Shown: positions 38,407 through 49,300 of the stretch, piece by piece
Layout of the letters: each line of letters opens with the position of its first letter
Position numbering within the stretch: position 1 is the stretch's first letter
Position numbers and translations under genes: made by a program
DNA from: Deltaproteobacteria bacterium
GTDB lineage: Bacteria > Myxococcota > Kuafuiibacteriia > Kuafuiibacteriales > Kuafuiibacteriaceae
Assembly (NCBI GenBank): GCA_011526105.1
Contig: WYAZ01000031.1
Span: 131,796 to 195,795 of the forward strand
Direction: 5' to 3'
Length of the DNA: 64,000 nt
The notes under the pieces: generated by a model
The model's database searches: none
The model's input: only the letters and a program-made list of their open reading frames with translations
Told to the model about the DNA's origin: nothing

Positions 38407-41400
38407 TCACATGTTCCGGCGGTACTGCCCGCCGACTTGATACAGCGCTTCCGACATCTGCCCCAGTGAAGCGATCTTGCTCACGGAGAGCAGGCTCTCG
38501 AAGACGTTGCCGCCCGAGAGCGCGGTCTCCTTGAGCGCGGAGAGCGCCGGGCCACTGGCTGCGCGGTTTCTGGCCCAGAACGCCTCCTTCGAGCGGATGG
38601 CGTAGCGCTTTTCTTCCTCGGTGGAGCGAATGACCTCGGCCGGGATGATCGTAGGGGAGCCCTTCGCATCGAGGAAGGTGTTCACGCCCACGATCTCGAG
38701 CTCGCCCGAGTGCTTCAGCGTCTCGTAGTGAAGGGACTCGTCCTGGATCTTGGAGCGCTGGTACATGCGCTCCATCGCGCCGAGCACCCCTCCGCGCTCC
38801 GAGATGCGTCGGAACTCGGTGAGCACCGCCTGCTCCACGAGGTCGGTGAGCTCCTCGATAATGAACGCGCCCTGGACTGGGTTCTCGTTCCTCGAGAGGC
38901 CGAGCTCCTTGTTGATGATGAGCTGAATGGCCAGCGCGCGGCGCACGCTCTCTTCGGTGGGGGTGGTGATGGCCTCGTCGTAGGCGTTGGTGTGCAGCGA
39001 GTTGCAGTTGTCGAAGAGCGCGTACAAGGCCTGAAGCGTGGTGCGGATGTCGTTGAAGGCGATCTCTTGGGCATGCAAGGACCGGCCGCTGGTTTGGATG
39101 TGATACTTGAGCTTCTGGCTGCGTTCGTCGGCGCCGTACTTGTCGCGCATCGCCTTGGCCCAAATGCGCCGCGCGACCCGGCCGATGACCGAGTATTCGG
39201 GATCGAGCCCGTTCGAGAAGAAGAATGAGAGGTTGGGCGCGAACTGGTTCACGTCCATGCCGCGCGACAAGTAGTACTCCACGAAGGTGAAGCCGTTGGC
39301 CAAGGTGAAGGCGAGCTGCGTGATGGGGTTCGCGCCGGCCTCCGCGATGTGATAGCCGGAGATCGACACCGAGTAGAAGTTGCGCACGTCGCGGGCGATG
39401 AAGGACTCTTGGATGTCGCCCATCATTCGGAGCGCAAACTCGGTCGAGAAGATGCAGGTGTTCTGGGCCTGGTCTTCTTTGAGGATGTCCGCCTGAACCG
39501 TGCCGCGAACGACCTTCATCGTCTCGGCCCGAATCCGCTCGTAGACCTCCGACGGGAGCACTTGGTCTCCGCTGACCCCCAGCAAGAAGAGGCCTAGGCC
39601 GTCGTGGCCTTCCGGAAGCTCGCCCTGATACGCGGGACGCGGCTGCCCGAGCCCCTGGTAGATCTCGGCAATGCGCTTTGTAACCTCATCGGTCAGCCCT
39701 TGGGCTCGGATGTGCTTCTCGCACTGCTGATCCACCGCCGCGTTCATGAAGAACGCGAGCACCATGGGCGCGGGCCCGTTGATGGTCATGGACACACTCG
39801 TGCTGGGGTCCGCGAGGTCGAAGCCCGAGTAGAGCTTCTTCGCGTCATCCAGAGTGGCCACGCTCACGCCGGAGTTGCCGACCTTGCCGTAGATGTCGGG
39901 CCGGAGATGCGGGTCCTCGCCGTACAAGGTGACGGAGTCAAAGGCGGTCGACAGTCGCTTGGCCGGCAGGCCGCGCGAGACGTAATGGAAGCGGCGGTTG
40001 GTCCGTTCCGGCCCACCTTCGCCGGCGAACATACGTGCGGGGTCCTCGCCCTCGCGTTTCAGCGGAAATACGCCCGCGGTGTACGGGAACGAGCCCGGCA
40101 CGTTCTCTCTCAGCTGCCACCGCAACACATCACCGAACTCGCGATAACGGGGCAGCGAGACCCTCGGGACCTTCGTGCCCGAGAGCGACGTGCTGTAGAG
40201 CGCCTGCTCGATGACCCGACCCCGCACCGTGTACCGATACTGGTCGGCCCGGTAGCGCGATACGGTCTCCGGCCACGCATCGAGGAGCGCGCGGCACCTG
40301 TGATCGAGTTGCTGCTCGAGGGCGTGACGGCGACTCTCGAGTTCGGCGATGTACGCCGGCTCGGACTTGTCGCTCCGAAGGATCTCGATGGTGCCGGAGA
40401 GCTGATAGAGCTTGCGCGCGAGCGCACACTGCGACTCCACCCACGCCTCGTAGCGGTCGCTGTTCTCCGCGATCTCCGCGAGGTAGCGAGAGCGCTCCGG
40501 CGGGATGATGTAGATCTTCTCGCTGGCTTTTTCGGTCAGGGCGCCCGGACGGCCGAGCTTTGTGCCGCTGCGCTCGTCGAGGAGCTGGGTGATGCGTCGG
40601 TAGAGGTGGTTGGTGCCGGGGTCCGCGAACTGAGAGGCGATGGTGCCGTAGATGGGGAGGCCCTCGTCAATGGCGTCGAAGAGCTTGTGGTTGCGCTTGT
40701 ACTGCTTTCGGACGTCGCGCAAGGCGTCTTGCGAGCCTCGCTTGTCGAACTTGTTGATGGCGATGACGTCCGCGAAGTCGAGCATGTCGATCTTCTCGAG
40801 CTGGGTTTGGGCGCCGTACTCGGAGGTCATGACGTAGAGGGAGACGTCCGAGTGGTCGGTGATCTCGGTGTCGGACTGCCCGATGCCGCTGGTCTCGAGC
40901 ACCACGAGGTCGAAGCCCGCGGCGCGCACGATGCGCAGGGCGGCCGCGACGTGTTTGGACAGGGCGAGGTTCGCCTGCCGCGTGGCCAAGGAGCGCATGT
41001 AGACCCGTGGTGAGCTGACGGCATTCATGCGAATTCGATCGCCGAGCAAGGCGCCGCCAGTGCGACGCTTGGACGGGTCGACCGAGAGCACGGCGACGGT
41101 CTTGTCCGCGTGGTCCTCGAGGAACCGACGAACGAGCTCGTCCACGAGCGAGGACTTGCCCGAACCTCCGGTGCCGGTGATGCCGAGCACCGGCGGCCGT
41201 GCGGCGCCCTTTTCGATCTCGAGCGCCGATTCGAGCGGCGCGAGGACCTCCGGATGATTCTCCGCCAGCGTGATGAGCCTCCCGATGGCCTGGGGGTCTC
41301 GAGCGCCAAGACGCTTAAGCTCGGCGCCGAGCTGGCTCGTCTCGACGGTGGCAAAGTCTGCCTTTTGCACGAGGTCATCGATCATGCCCTGCAGGCCCAT

Positions 41401-41784
41401 CGCACGGCCGTCGTCCGGGCTGTAGATGCGGGTGATGCCGTGTTTGTGGAGGCGCTCGATCTCGGTGGGCAGGATGGTGCCGCCGCCGCCCGCGAAGATC
41501 CGGATGTTTGCGCCGCGTTCCTCGAGAAGATCGTGCATGTACTCGAGGTACTCGACGTGACCCCCTTGGTAGGAGGTGAGCGCGATGGCCTGGACGTCTT
41601 CTTGGATGGCGCAGTCGACGATCTCCTGCACGCTGCGGTTGTGGCCCAGGTGAATGACCTCCACCCCCGAGGCCTGGATGATGCGGCGCATGACGTTGAT
41701 CGCGGCGTCATGCCCGTCAAAGAGAGAAGCGGCGGTGACGATCCGAACCGGATTCTTCGGGATGTAGCGTGCGGTGTCGGTCAT
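38407..41784 (-). CDS. icmF: Fused isobutyryl-CoA mutase (B12-binding domain + MeaB-like G-protein + mutase substrate domain); start re-placed to ATG 41784 ([14 protein letters not shown]...)
   Basis: N-terminal B12-binding (…DGHDAAINV…), G3E GTPase ([12 protein letters not shown]), C-terminal methylmalonyl-CoA-mutase-like TIM barrel; ~1125 aa as for IcmF. Confidence 0.85.
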   Translation of the reverse strand: MTDTARYIPKNPVRIVTAASLFDGHDAAINVMRRIIQASGVEVIHLGHNRSVQEIVDCAIQEDVQAIALTSYQGGHVEYLEYMHDLLEERGANIRIFAGGGGTILPTEIERLHKHGITRIYSPDDGRAMGLQGMIDDLVQKADFATVETSQLGAELKRLGARDPQAIGRLITLAENHPEVLAPLESALEIEKGAARPPVLGITGTGGSGKSSLVDELVRRFLEDHADKTVAVLSVDPSKRRTGGALLGDRIRMNAVSSPRVYMRSLATRQANLALSKHVAAALRIVRAAGFDLVVLETSGIGQSDTEITDHSDVSLYVMTSEYGAQTQLEKIDMLDFADVIAINKFDKRGSQDALRDVRKQYKRNHKLFDAIDEGLPIYGTIASQFADPGTNHLYRRITQLLDERSGTKLGRPGALTEKASEKIYIIPPERSRYLAEIAENSDRYEAWVESQCALARKLYQLSGTIEILRSDKSEPAYIAELESRRHALEQQLDHRCRALLDAWPETVSRYRADQYRYTVRGRVIEQALYSTSLSGTKVPRVSLPRYREFGDVLRWQLRENVPGSFPYTAGVFPLKREGEDPARMFAGEGGPERTNRRFHYVSRGLPAKRLSTAFDSVTLYGEDPHLRPDIYGKVGNSGVSVATLDDAKKLYSGFDLADPSTSVSMTINGPAPMVLAFFMNAAVDQQCEKHIRAQGLTDEVTKRIAEIYQGLGQPRPAYQGELPEGHDGLGLFLLGVSGDQVLPSEVYERIRAETMKVVRGTVQADILKEDQAQNTCIFSTEFALRMMGDIQESFIARDVRNFYSVSISGYHIAEAGANPITQLAFTLANGFTFVEYYLSRGMDVNQFAPNLSFFFSNGLDPEYSVIGRVARRIWAKAMRDKYGADERSQKLKYHIQTSGRSLHAQEIAFNDIRTTLQALYALFDNCNSLHTNAYDEAITTPTEESVRRALAIQLIINKELGLSRNENPVQGAFIIEELTDLVEQAVLTEFRRISERGGVLGAMERMYQRSKIQDESLHYETLKHSGELEIVGVNTFLDAKGSPTIIPAEVIRSTEEEKRYAIRSKEAFWARNRAASGPALSALKETALSGGNVFESLLSVSKIASLGQMSEALYQVGGQYRRNM

Positions 41785-42758
41785 GGAGAGCTCTTGTGCC
41801 GCTTCATCATTTTTTCCATCTCGGCGCAATGATCGATGTCATTGGCCCGGGGCGTGAACCAGACGAGATCGAAGGGCAGGGCGGTGGCGCCGTACCTCGA
41901 TGCGTAGGCGGTGGGGTCGTTCTCGCCGTCCTCGATCTCCACGAAACCGATGCTCAGGCTGAGTGGGGCGTTCAGCCGGCGCAGGTACCACGGTACGGCG
42001 CGGTCGGAGCGCGTGTGGCCGGCGCCCGCGATCAGGATCGCTCCGTCCGCGGGGGCCGCCAGGAGTTTGTCCGCCATGAGCGCATCTCGGGCCCGCTGTA
42101 TCTCCAGCATCGGCTTCAACATGTCGTCGGGCAGGTGACCGCAGTGTCCGTCGCGCAGCTCCGCGATGAGCGCGGCCTCGAGGTCTTCGGGCAACGGCTG
42201 GCCGAGCTGGTGTCGTTCGACGAGCGCCGCCGGCAACGTCTCCGTACCGCGCGCCACGGACATCGCACGGTCACGCGGCAGCATCGAGGCGATGAGGGGG
42301 AACTCGGCCTCCATCGTCGCCGCAAAGACGGGACGATACATCGCCCAGTCTGGCCAGCCCGAACGCGCCCAGTCGAGCCGGAGGGCCAGCGCATCCGGAT
42401 CACTGGGGGCGCGCGCTCGTTGGTCCTCGACGTCTTGCTGCCGGCTCTCCTCGATCATCTCGACAACGACGTGTGGCCTTCGGCCCGCTTCGGCGAGCCA
42501 GCGCACCGCGCGTGCCTGAAGCCGGTGGTGATCCGGGTTGTCGTGGGTCTCGCCGAGCAGCACAAACCGAGCCTCGATGGCCCTCGTCCTGAGTTCTGTC
42601 TCGGTGACGAACTGACCCCGCGCGACGTCATAGATCCGTCCCACGAGCGAGTGGTCCTGGCCGAGCGGCGATTGCCAAGCGTCGGGGGCAACCACTTGGC
42701 GGGCGCTGGCGCAGTGCAGGCCGGAGAGCGCGATGACGGCGAGAACGGAGGTGCGCAC
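41781..42758 (-). CDS. ChaN/Tiki-family (haem/iron-uptake-associated) periplasmic protein; start re-placed to GTG 42758 ([19 protein letters not shown] signal)
   Basis: [12 protein letters not shown] and later GAGH motifs of ChaN family; track ATG 42869 would overlap divergent neighbour by 45 bp. Confidence 0.55.
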   Translation of the reverse strand: MRTSVLAVIALSGLHCASARQVVAPDAWQSPLGQDHSLVGRIYDVARGQFVTETELRTRAIEARFVLLGETHDNPDHHRLQARAVRWLAEAGRRPHVVVEMIEESRQQDVEDQRARAPSDPDALALRLDWARSGWPDWAMYRPVFAATMEAEFPLIASMLPRDRAMSVARGTETLPAALVERHQLGQPLPEDLEAALIAELRDGHCGHLPDDMLKPMLEIQRARDALMADKLLAAPADGAILIAGAGHTRSDRAVPWYLRRLNAPLSLSIGFVEIEDGENDPTAYASRYGATALPFDLVWFTPRANDIDHCAEMEKMMKRHKSSP

Positions 42759-42824
42759 CGCGGAAGCATACAGGATCAGGCTCCGCGCGGCAGTCGAGCC
42801 TTGAGGCTGGGCGCGTGATGGCCT

Positions 42825-43493
42825 ATGGCCTCGAACATGAACTCCGATCGTCGAACCTTCATGAAGCACGCCACCCTCGGGGGCGTCGCGATGTCCTTAC
42901 CCCTCGCGGGCTGCAAGAGCGGAGAAAGCCCCAAAACCGAAGCGGCGGCTCCAGATCTGAGCCTTCCCCCCAGCAGCAAACCGGCCGACTGGGACGCGGT
43001 GGCGTACAACACCTCGCGTGGTGCCGCCGGCTTCATCCCGGCGAAGTACATGGCCGACATCAGCGCGCCCGACGGGGACAAGAAGCACCTCGGCAAGCAT
43101 CTGCCCTACGTGCCCGAGCTCGATGCCTCGAAGATGATGGAGGGCATGTTGCCCATCATGTGGGGCAACCCGGCGCTCGGTCACGCGAAGCACCCCAACG
43201 CTGGACGGTCCGAGGCGAACCCGGAGGGGCATTGGTACAACTGGATCCGGATCGCCATCGACGGTCAACCCGAGTCCGAGGTCGAGACCCGCTTCGACAA
43301 CTGGCCCGCCACCACCGATGCCGTAAATGGACGCATCGTCGCGTTCGAGGGTGACGACCCCGCGGCCGAGGATGGCAAGAACACCGTCTATCTCGCGAAG
43401 CTCCCGGCCGGAGCGAGTGCAGCAAAGGCGCTGCGCATCTGGGCGCACTGCCTCACGCACGGCGAGTACGTCGACTTCCTGCAGCTTGCCTGA
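42825..43493 (+). CDS. Tat-signal lipoprotein, hypothetical
   Basis: RRTFMKHATLGGVAMSLPLAGC twin-arginine signal plus lipobox; no family recognised; His-rich patches. Confidence 0.5.
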   Translation: MASNMNSDRRTFMKHATLGGVAMSLPLAGCKSGESPKTEAAAPDLSLPPSSKPADWDAVAYNTSRGAAGFIPAKYMADISAPDGDKKHLGKHLPYVPELDASKMMEGMLPIMWGNPALGHAKHPNAGRSEANPEGHWYNWIRIAIDGQPESEVETRFDNWPATTDAVNGRIVAFEGDDPAAEDGKNTVYLAKLPAGASAAKALRIWAHCLTHGEYVDFLQLA

Positions 43494-43508
43494 GTTCGAA
43501 GCGACCGC

Positions 43509-44930
43509 TCAGCGCCCAAGCAGCTCGTAGAGGCGCGCATCGGCCTCTTGTTTCGAACCCTGATACGCCTCGCTCATGAGCACGCTCTCGTGGAAGTGGC
43601 CCGGGGTCCCGATGAGGCGCCCAGCGACGAACATCGCGTGCAGGGCCGGCGCGATATCCGAGTACACGAGCGCGCGGATCAGATCTCGACCCGGCCACAA
43701 GCTCGGGTGATCCACATCGAGCACGATGAGGTTCGCGAGCGCCTTCGGTTCGATGCGGCCCACGGCGAAGCCAGGATGGAGCGACCCGGGGCTGGACAGA
43801 CCGCGCCGCAAAACGGCCTCGGTGGACCACTGCTCTTTTACGCTGGCCATTGCGCGTCGGCGTGCCTCGGCGACCGGGCTCGGATCCGCGAACGCCCCGC
43901 CTTCGAAGTAGGTGCCATACTCGGTGGTCGCGCTGATGCCGGTCGAGCGCGCGCCGGCCACGAACCGCAGCTCTTTCTGAAGACTGAGGCTGTCGTTGCT
44001 CGCCCCGCAGTCGGTAGCGACGACGAAGGAGAGGCCCATCTCCGCCCAACGCATGACCGGGGCGGGAAAGCCGAACACGAGTTGGGAGTGCGGACAAAAG
44101 GCGAAGCTGACCCTATCGCGCGGGATGCTCTCGAGCTCCGCCCGAGTGGCATAGAGGCCGTGTGCGAGGAGCGAACTCGGAGCCTCGTCCAGGACGCCGA
44201 GCCGCTGCAAGAGCGCGAGCGGCGGTACGCCCTCGCGCTCCACGACCGCGGACCACTCCTGCGGGGATTGCGCGATGTGCGCGTGCAGCGGGATCTCGAG
44301 TTCGCGCGCGAGCTCTGATGCTCTCTGCCAAAGCGCGGCGCTCACGGTGTCGGAGGCGTGGGGACCCACGGCGGCGAAGATGCCCCGCTGGCGGAGTCGC
44401 TTCGATGACGCGATGCTGCGGGTGGCATCGAGCTGAGCTTCGAGCTGGCCCAGCCCCGGCCCAGACAGATCCTGAAGCGTGGGGGCGACCACCGCCGAGA
44501 GCCCGACCTCTTCGAGCGCCTCCGCGACCGCCTCCGCGTGGTAGTAGTGGTCGTAGACCAGTCCCACGCCCGACAGCAGGCTCTCGTAGGCGCCCATGCG
44601 CGTGAACGCGCGAACGTCTTCCGGCCGCAGGCGCGTCTCCATGCGGTAGAAGAGGTCCTCCACCATCCGACCTGATGCCGCTTCCCCCGCGTCGGCCCCG
44701 CGAAGAAACGAGAGCGCCAGATGCGTGTGCGCGTCCACGAAGGCGGGCGCGATCAGTCGATCACCAAAATCGTGGGTCGGCTTTGCGCGCAGAAGGGTCG
44801 CTTCATCGGTGTGCACTGCGTGGATGCGGAGGCCGCGGAGTTCGATGATCGCGGGTTCGATGCGGAGGTGGCCCTCGGCATCCTCGAGGAGGACCCTCCT
44901 GGCGCGCAGCACGAGCTTCGGTTCACCCAC
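43509..44930 (-). CDS. Amidohydrolase-superfamily metal-dependent hydrolase (deaminase/chlorohydrolase-like)
   Basis: 473 aa; FVDAHTHL metal-binding start, HAH and D in later strands. Confidence 0.75.
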   Translation of the reverse strand: MGEPKLVLRARRVLLEDAEGHLRIEPAIIELRGLRIHAVHTDEATLLRAKPTHDFGDRLIAPAFVDAHTHLALSFLRGADAGEAASGRMVEDLFYRMETRLRPEDVRAFTRMGAYESLLSGVGLVYDHYYHAEAVAEALEEVGLSAVVAPTLQDLSGPGLGQLEAQLDATRSIASSKRLRQRGIFAAVGPHASDTVSAALWQRASELARELEIPLHAHIAQSPQEWSAVVEREGVPPLALLQRLGVLDEAPSSLLAHGLYATRAELESIPRDRVSFAFCPHSQLVFGFPAPVMRWAEMGLSFVVATDCGASNDSLSLQKELRFVAGARSTGISATTEYGTYFEGGAFADPSPVAEARRRAMASVKEQWSTEAVLRRGLSSPGSLHPGFAVGRIEPKALANLIVLDVDHPSLWPGRDLIRALVYSDIAPALHAMFVAGRLIGTPGHFHESVLMSEAYQGSKQEADARLYELLGR

Positions 44931-44982
44931 GCCGCTAGGCTAGCCCGCATCTCGAAACCACGCTACACGTCTCGCCGCGTCC

Positions 44983-46257
44983 ATGAAGTCCGTCGAGCGT
45001 GGCATCCTGGCTGCTTTCGGGCCGGGGATCCTCTTCGCCGCGGCCGCGGTGGGGGTCTCCCATCTGGTTCAGTCCACCCGCGCCGGGGCGGACTACGGGC
45101 TCTCCTTGCTGCTGCTCGTGCTCCTCGCGAACGTGGTCAAGTACCCGGCTTTCCGTTTCGGGCCGCACTACGCGGCGGCGACGGGCACCTCACTGCTCGA
45201 AGGTTATCGGCGTCAAGGACGACCTCTGCTTCTGCTCTATCTCGCGCTCACCCTGGGGACCATGTTCGCGGTCTTGGCGGCGGTCACGATGGTGACGGCG
45301 GGGCTCGCACTTGCGGCGCTCAACATCGAGCTCAGCCCACTCGCGCTCGCTGCGGGGCTCCTCTTGATCTCCACCGCGCTGCTCATGGTCGGTCGCTATC
45401 GCCTGCTCGATCGTCTCACGAAGTTGCTGGTCGCGGTGCTCACTCTGTCCACGCTGCTGGCGACGGTCCTCGTCTTGCCTCGCGTGCCGTGGGCGAGCCT
45501 GACGTTCTGGCCCGGCGCCGAGCTCTGGACCCCGCGCTCGCTGTTCTTTGTGGTGGCCTTGGTGGGTTGGATGCCATCGGCGATCGATGTCTCGGTGTGG
45601 CAATCGCTGTGGACGCTCGCGCGGGGCGACGACACCTCGCATCGACCGAGCCTGAAGGAGGCGACGCTCGACTTCCACATCGGCTACTTCGGGACCACGA
45701 TCTTGGCGGTCTGTTTTGTGCTTCTCGGATCGGCGGTGATGCATGAGCGCGGGCTCGTCCTCTCGGACAGCCCCGGCGGCTTCGCGGCTCAGGTCCTGTC
45801 CCTCTATACCGAGGCGCTCGGCGAGTGGAGCCGGCCGCTCATCGGGGCCTCCGCGTTCGCGGTGATGTTCTCGACGATGCTCACCGTGCTCGACGGCTTT
45901 CCGCGCGCGCTGACCGTGCTCTCGGCTCGCTTTCGTGGTCCAGAGAGGCGCGGGGAGTTCGAGCTCGAACAGCCACGCGAGCGGCGTGTCTATTGGGTGA
46001 GTCTTGGGCTGCTCGCGATGGGCGCGCTCACCATCCTGTTCCTCTTGCCCGGCTCGCTGAGGGGTATGGTCGACTTCGCGACGACGCTCTCGTTTCTGAC
46101 CGCGCCGGCCCTGTCGCTTCTGAACCATCGGGCGGTGACGAGCGCGGACCTCCCGGTGGAGGCTCGCCCGGCCCGGTGGCTGCTCGTTTCGAGCCTCGTC
46201 TTCATCGTGGTCCAGGCGCTTCTCGCGGCGGTCTATTTGTACGTGCGCTACGCCTGA
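44983..46257 (+). CDS. Nramp-family divalent metal transporter (MntH-like)
   Basis: 424 aa; 11 TM; FGPGILFAAAAVGVSHL resembling Nramp GPG(F/W) TM1 motif. Confidence 0.65.
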   Translation: MKSVERGILAAFGPGILFAAAAVGVSHLVQSTRAGADYGLSLLLLVLLANVVKYPAFRFGPHYAAATGTSLLEGYRRQGRPLLLLYLALTLGTMFAVLAAVTMVTAGLALAALNIELSPLALAAGLLLISTALLMVGRYRLLDRLTKLLVAVLTLSTLLATVLVLPRVPWASLTFWPGAELWTPRSLFFVVALVGWMPSAIDVSVWQSLWTLARGDDTSHRPSLKEATLDFHIGYFGTTILAVCFVLLGSAVMHERGLVLSDSPGGFAAQVLSLYTEALGEWSRPLIGASAFAVMFSTMLTVLDGFPRALTVLSARFRGPERRGEFELEQPRERRVYWVSLGLLAMGALTILFLLPGSLRGMVDFATTLSFLTAPALSLLNHRAVTSADLPVEARPARWLLVSSLVFIVVQALLAAVYLYVRYA

Positions 46258-46906
46258 GGCGGTAGAACAAGAACGCCGTCACGAGCAGGCCGACCGCGAG
46301 CAGAACACGAGCGAATCTGGGCTCGTCCCCGTTCAAGCGCCGCCAGTCGAGATCTCGTTCGGTGGTGGTCGGACTGAAGCTCAGCGGGTGACGCTTCTCG
46401 CCGATGAGCAGAGAGAAGACGTGCTGGTTCATGACGTGCCGAAGCTCCGGTTCATCAGCGTGTTCGATGTACGTCTCCGGCAGGGCGAAGCGGAGGCGCA
46501 GGGTTTCGATGTGATCCGGCAGAGGGACCGAGGTCTGGATCTGCACGAGCGACCACGGGGCCTCCTGGCGAGCGAAGCCGACCATCCCGGCGATGGTGCT
46601 CGTCCGGCTGGCTCGGGCGGTCCGTGCGGCGGGTCCGGAGTACCAGGCCGAGCGCAGGCGAGGTTGAAGACGCTTGCCGTCCGCCCACACTCCGGTGCGT
46701 TCGTCGAGCCAGCGCAGGGCCTCTTGCGGCTCGAGTCCGGCTGGATCTCGGCCTTCGAAAACCCGGAGGAACATCTCGCGGGGGAACAGGTAGCTCGAGC
46801 GCAGCTCCTCCCCGATGACCTCGTGAACGACCGTCAGGCTGGGTTCGCGACCGAGCCCCGAATGGGCGAAGGCGCTCGTCGGGAGGAGCAAAACCAGCCA
46901 GACCAC
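46202..46906 (-). CDS. Hypothetical secreted protein with C-terminal membrane anchor (start re-placed to GTG 46906)
   Basis: Signal peptide VVWLVLLLPTSAFAHS; C-terminal TM VLLAVGLLVTAFLFY; the track ATG at 47155 would run through the divergent RNase Z gene. Confidence 0.4.
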   Translation of the reverse strand: MVWLVLLLPTSAFAHSGLGREPSLTVVHEVIGEELRSSYLFPREMFLRVFEGRDPAGLEPQEALRWLDERTGVWADGKRLQPRLRSAWYSGPAARTARASRTSTIAGMVGFARQEAPWSLVQIQTSVPLPDHIETLRLRFALPETYIEHADEPELRHVMNQHVFSLLIGEKRHPLSFSPTTTERDLDWRRLNGDEPRFARVLLAVGLLVTAFLFYRLRRSARTNRPPREAPGPR

Positions 46907-46954
46907 AACTTTGACTAGACGAAGCGCCCCATAGAGAGACAAACAACGGTCTCT

Positions 46955-47752
46955 ATGACGCGCGAACTGGTCGCGCTCGGCACTTCGAGCCAGGTGCCGA
47001 CCCGATCTCGGAACCACAACGGCTACTTTCTCTTCTGGGACGACGAGCGTCTGCTCTTCGACCCCGGTGAGGGAACGCAAAGACAGATGGCGCTCTCGCG
47101 GGTCGAGCCGCGAGAGATCACGCGGATCTTGATTACGCATTTCCACGGGGATCACTGCCTGGGTCTAGCCGGCATCCTGAGGCGGCTGTCCCTCGAGAAG
47201 GTGGCCGGTCCAGTTCACGTATACTTCCCGGCCTCCGGTCGAGTCTACTTCGAACGTGCACTCGCGGCTTGCGTGTACGAAGCGGTGACAGAGATCGTTC
47301 CCCATCCGCTCAAGGCACCCATGGTCGTTCATGAGGATGAACGCATGATCATCCGCACGGAGAAGCTCTCCCACGGCGTCGACACGATCGGCTATCGACT
47401 CGAGGAGAAACGAGTCGATCGGCGCGGCCAGAGCTTCGCACACGTGATGGACACGCGAGCCTGCGCCGGTGCACTCGCGCTCGCGCACGAAGTGGACATG
47501 CTGGTCATCGAGTCCACGTACCTCCGGACGGAGACGAAGGAGGCTAGGGAGCGTGGTCATCTCACCGCCACTCAGGCGGCCGAGCTCGCGGTGCAGGCGA
47601 AGGCCCGTCGCGTGGTGCTCACGCACTTCTCGCAGCGGCATCCGAGCAACGGCGCGTTCATGGCCGAGGCGAAGAGCATCCACCCGGACGTCATCACCGC
47701 CCGCGACACTCGTCGCTACGCCGTACCACCGCCCACTTCACTCCCCCTCTAG
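46955..47752 (+). CDS. Metallo-beta-lactamase fold ribonuclease (RNase Z/BN-like)
   Basis: 265 aa; HFHGDH zinc motif, later H and D ligands. Confidence 0.7.
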   Translation: MTRELVALGTSSQVPTRSRNHNGYFLFWDDERLLFDPGEGTQRQMALSRVEPREITRILITHFHGDHCLGLAGILRRLSLEKVAGPVHVYFPASGRVYFERALAACVYEAVTEIVPHPLKAPMVVHEDERMIIRTEKLSHGVDTIGYRLEEKRVDRRGQSFAHVMDTRACAGALALAHEVDMLVIESTYLRTETKEARERGHLTATQAAELAVQAKARRVVLTHFSQRHPSNGAFMAEAKSIHPDVITARDTRRYAVPPPTSLPL

Positions 47753-48670
47753 CCCGCCGATATCGCGGAGCTCGGGCGGAGGCGCGATGGGCTTGCGCTG
47801 CACGTTGGTATGGGGGGCCAGCAGCGTCATCACTCTTTTCTCTCCACTACTGACGACCTCGATGCGCTTGGGCAGACACAGACCCGCGCGGGCGGAGAGC
47901 TCGAAGAACTTCATCTCCGAGAGCGCCTCGTCCGGGCTTTCGGGGTTCAGGTGCGCACGGCCGAGCAGAAAGGACGTGTCGCGGTGAAAGTAGAGATCGA
48001 AGAGCTCGCCGCCCTGGGACTGCCCCCGAACTCTCAGTGCAGGTAGGCCGTCGAGGTCGAAGCTTCCCATGGTCTCGAGGTCCTTCAGCGTGCCGGCCCA
48101 CTGCCCAAGGAACAGTCGTGCATCCACCGCGAAGATCGCCTGTTCGATCTCATCGACGAAGTACGCGCCGGCACGGCCGTCCCGGCGCCACGCGACCTTG
48201 CCGTCGAAACCCCGTTCGCTCTCGACACCCTCCCCGTAGTCGAGGTCGTCCGCGCTGGCGGCCAGGGTCATGCGCTCGAGAAAACGCCCATCAGGCTCGA
48301 TCACCAGCTCGTAGGGGCCGAGGCGCTCCTCCCCGGCGATGTTCAGCTTCGCGCGCCCCGCGACCACGACGTTGGTGGGCGCGCGGGGCGGCCGGCACTT
48401 GGCGTAGTGACGCTGCAGGATGTCCTCTGCCTTGGGGCCGACGCTGGGCGGGGGTCGGTACTTTGCGGCCAGATCGTTCTCGCGACCGCGCTTCGTCGGC
48501 GCGGTTCTGGCCGAACTTGGACCGCCGTGGGCGGCGCCGTCCGAAGCGGGCGCCTCTTGCGGCACGGCCTCGAAGGATTCGCCGCGGTCGTAACGCTCGT
48601 CGCCCGGGAACGGCGCGCTCGCGCAAGACCAACCGAAAAGACACAGCGGGATGAGCGAGCGCAGTGACAT
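47738..48670 (-). CDS. Hypothetical secreted protein
   Basis: 310 aa; N-terminal signal (MSLRSLIPLCLFGWSCASA); no family recognised. Confidence 0.45.
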   Translation of the reverse strand: MSLRSLIPLCLFGWSCASAPFPGDERYDRGESFEAVPQEAPASDGAAHGGPSSARTAPTKRGRENDLAAKYRPPPSVGPKAEDILQRHYAKCRPPRAPTNVVVAGRAKLNIAGEERLGPYELVIEPDGRFLERMTLAASADDLDYGEGVESERGFDGKVAWRRDGRAGAYFVDEIEQAIFAVDARLFLGQWAGTLKDLETMGSFDLDGLPALRVRGQSQGGELFDLYFHRDTSFLLGRAHLNPESPDEALSEMKFFELSARAGLCLPKRIEVVSSGEKRVMTLLAPHTNVQRKPIAPPPELRDIGGLEGE

Positions 48671-48702
48671 GCCCGCGTTCTACACGTGGGGGCCGTGGCG
48701 CG

Positions 48703-49005
48703 CTACTCGGACTTGGCTTTGGAGGTGCTGGTCTTCTTCTTCTTCTTGGCGGCGGCCGGCTTCTTCTGGCCCGCCCAGTACTTCTTCATGCGGTCGGCGG
48801 CCGCCTTACGGGCCTCAGGCGACCAGTGGGGCTTCTTGCGTGTGCCCGAGCCTCCACCTCCACCGGTCTTCGATCGCGCCCGGCCTCCGCCGAGTGAGTG
48901 GAGGGCGCTCTCGACGCCGCTGATCTGTGCGTCGAGATCGCTGCGCTGCCGCTTCAGTTCTTTGAGCGCGCTTTGAAGCTCACGTTTGAGTCGGGTGACA
49001 TCCAT
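48703..49005 (-). CDS. Small coiled-coil, lysine-rich basic protein (possible nucleoid-associated protein)
   Basis: 100 aa; N-terminal heptad coiled coil, Gly-rich linker, C-terminal KKPAAAKKKKKTSTSKAK tail; conserved-looking RKKPHWSPE...KKYWAG block. Confidence 0.45.
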   Translation of the reverse strand: MDVTRLKRELQSALKELKRQRSDLDAQISGVESALHSLGGGRARSKTGGGGGSGTRKKPHWSPEARKAAADRMKKYWAGQKKPAAAKKKKKTSTSKAKSE

Positions 49006-49300
49006 GTTCGGCTCATATTCCCTTTCACCGCCTGGAGAAAGAAGTTTCTGTCCTCGTGCGCAGCACAGCAGCGCGCAGCGACGGCAATACCGGAATTCCT
49101 CGATCGACCCGAGAGCTCACTTCGTGGCGCGTGCGAAGCCGCAACTTGGATTGCGGAACCAAACGCGCAGCGGCCGTCGCGCCCTCGAGTTCGGCCTAGA
49201 GCGGTCTGAGAGCGCTCCAGACCGCTCGGGGCCTTACTTGTGGCCGTAATTGAGAGGTCGGCGCCGCCGGGACTACATCTGGAAGCGAGGAGAACGCACC

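Noticed and set aside
37667-39163. 498-aa ORF on minus strand
   Set aside because: Spans the intergenic region and the antisense of the lipoprotein and icmF genes; His/Arg/Pro-rich low-complexity translation and no start-context support.
39604-41013. 469-aa ORF on plus strand
   Set aside because: Lies entirely antisense within icmF, which has strong homology; composition is Arg/Ala/Gly-biased and it is a shadow ORF.
41785-41800. Possible cobalamin riboswitch upstream of icmF
   Set aside because: icmF start abuts and overlaps the upstream ChaN gene, so there is no leader space.
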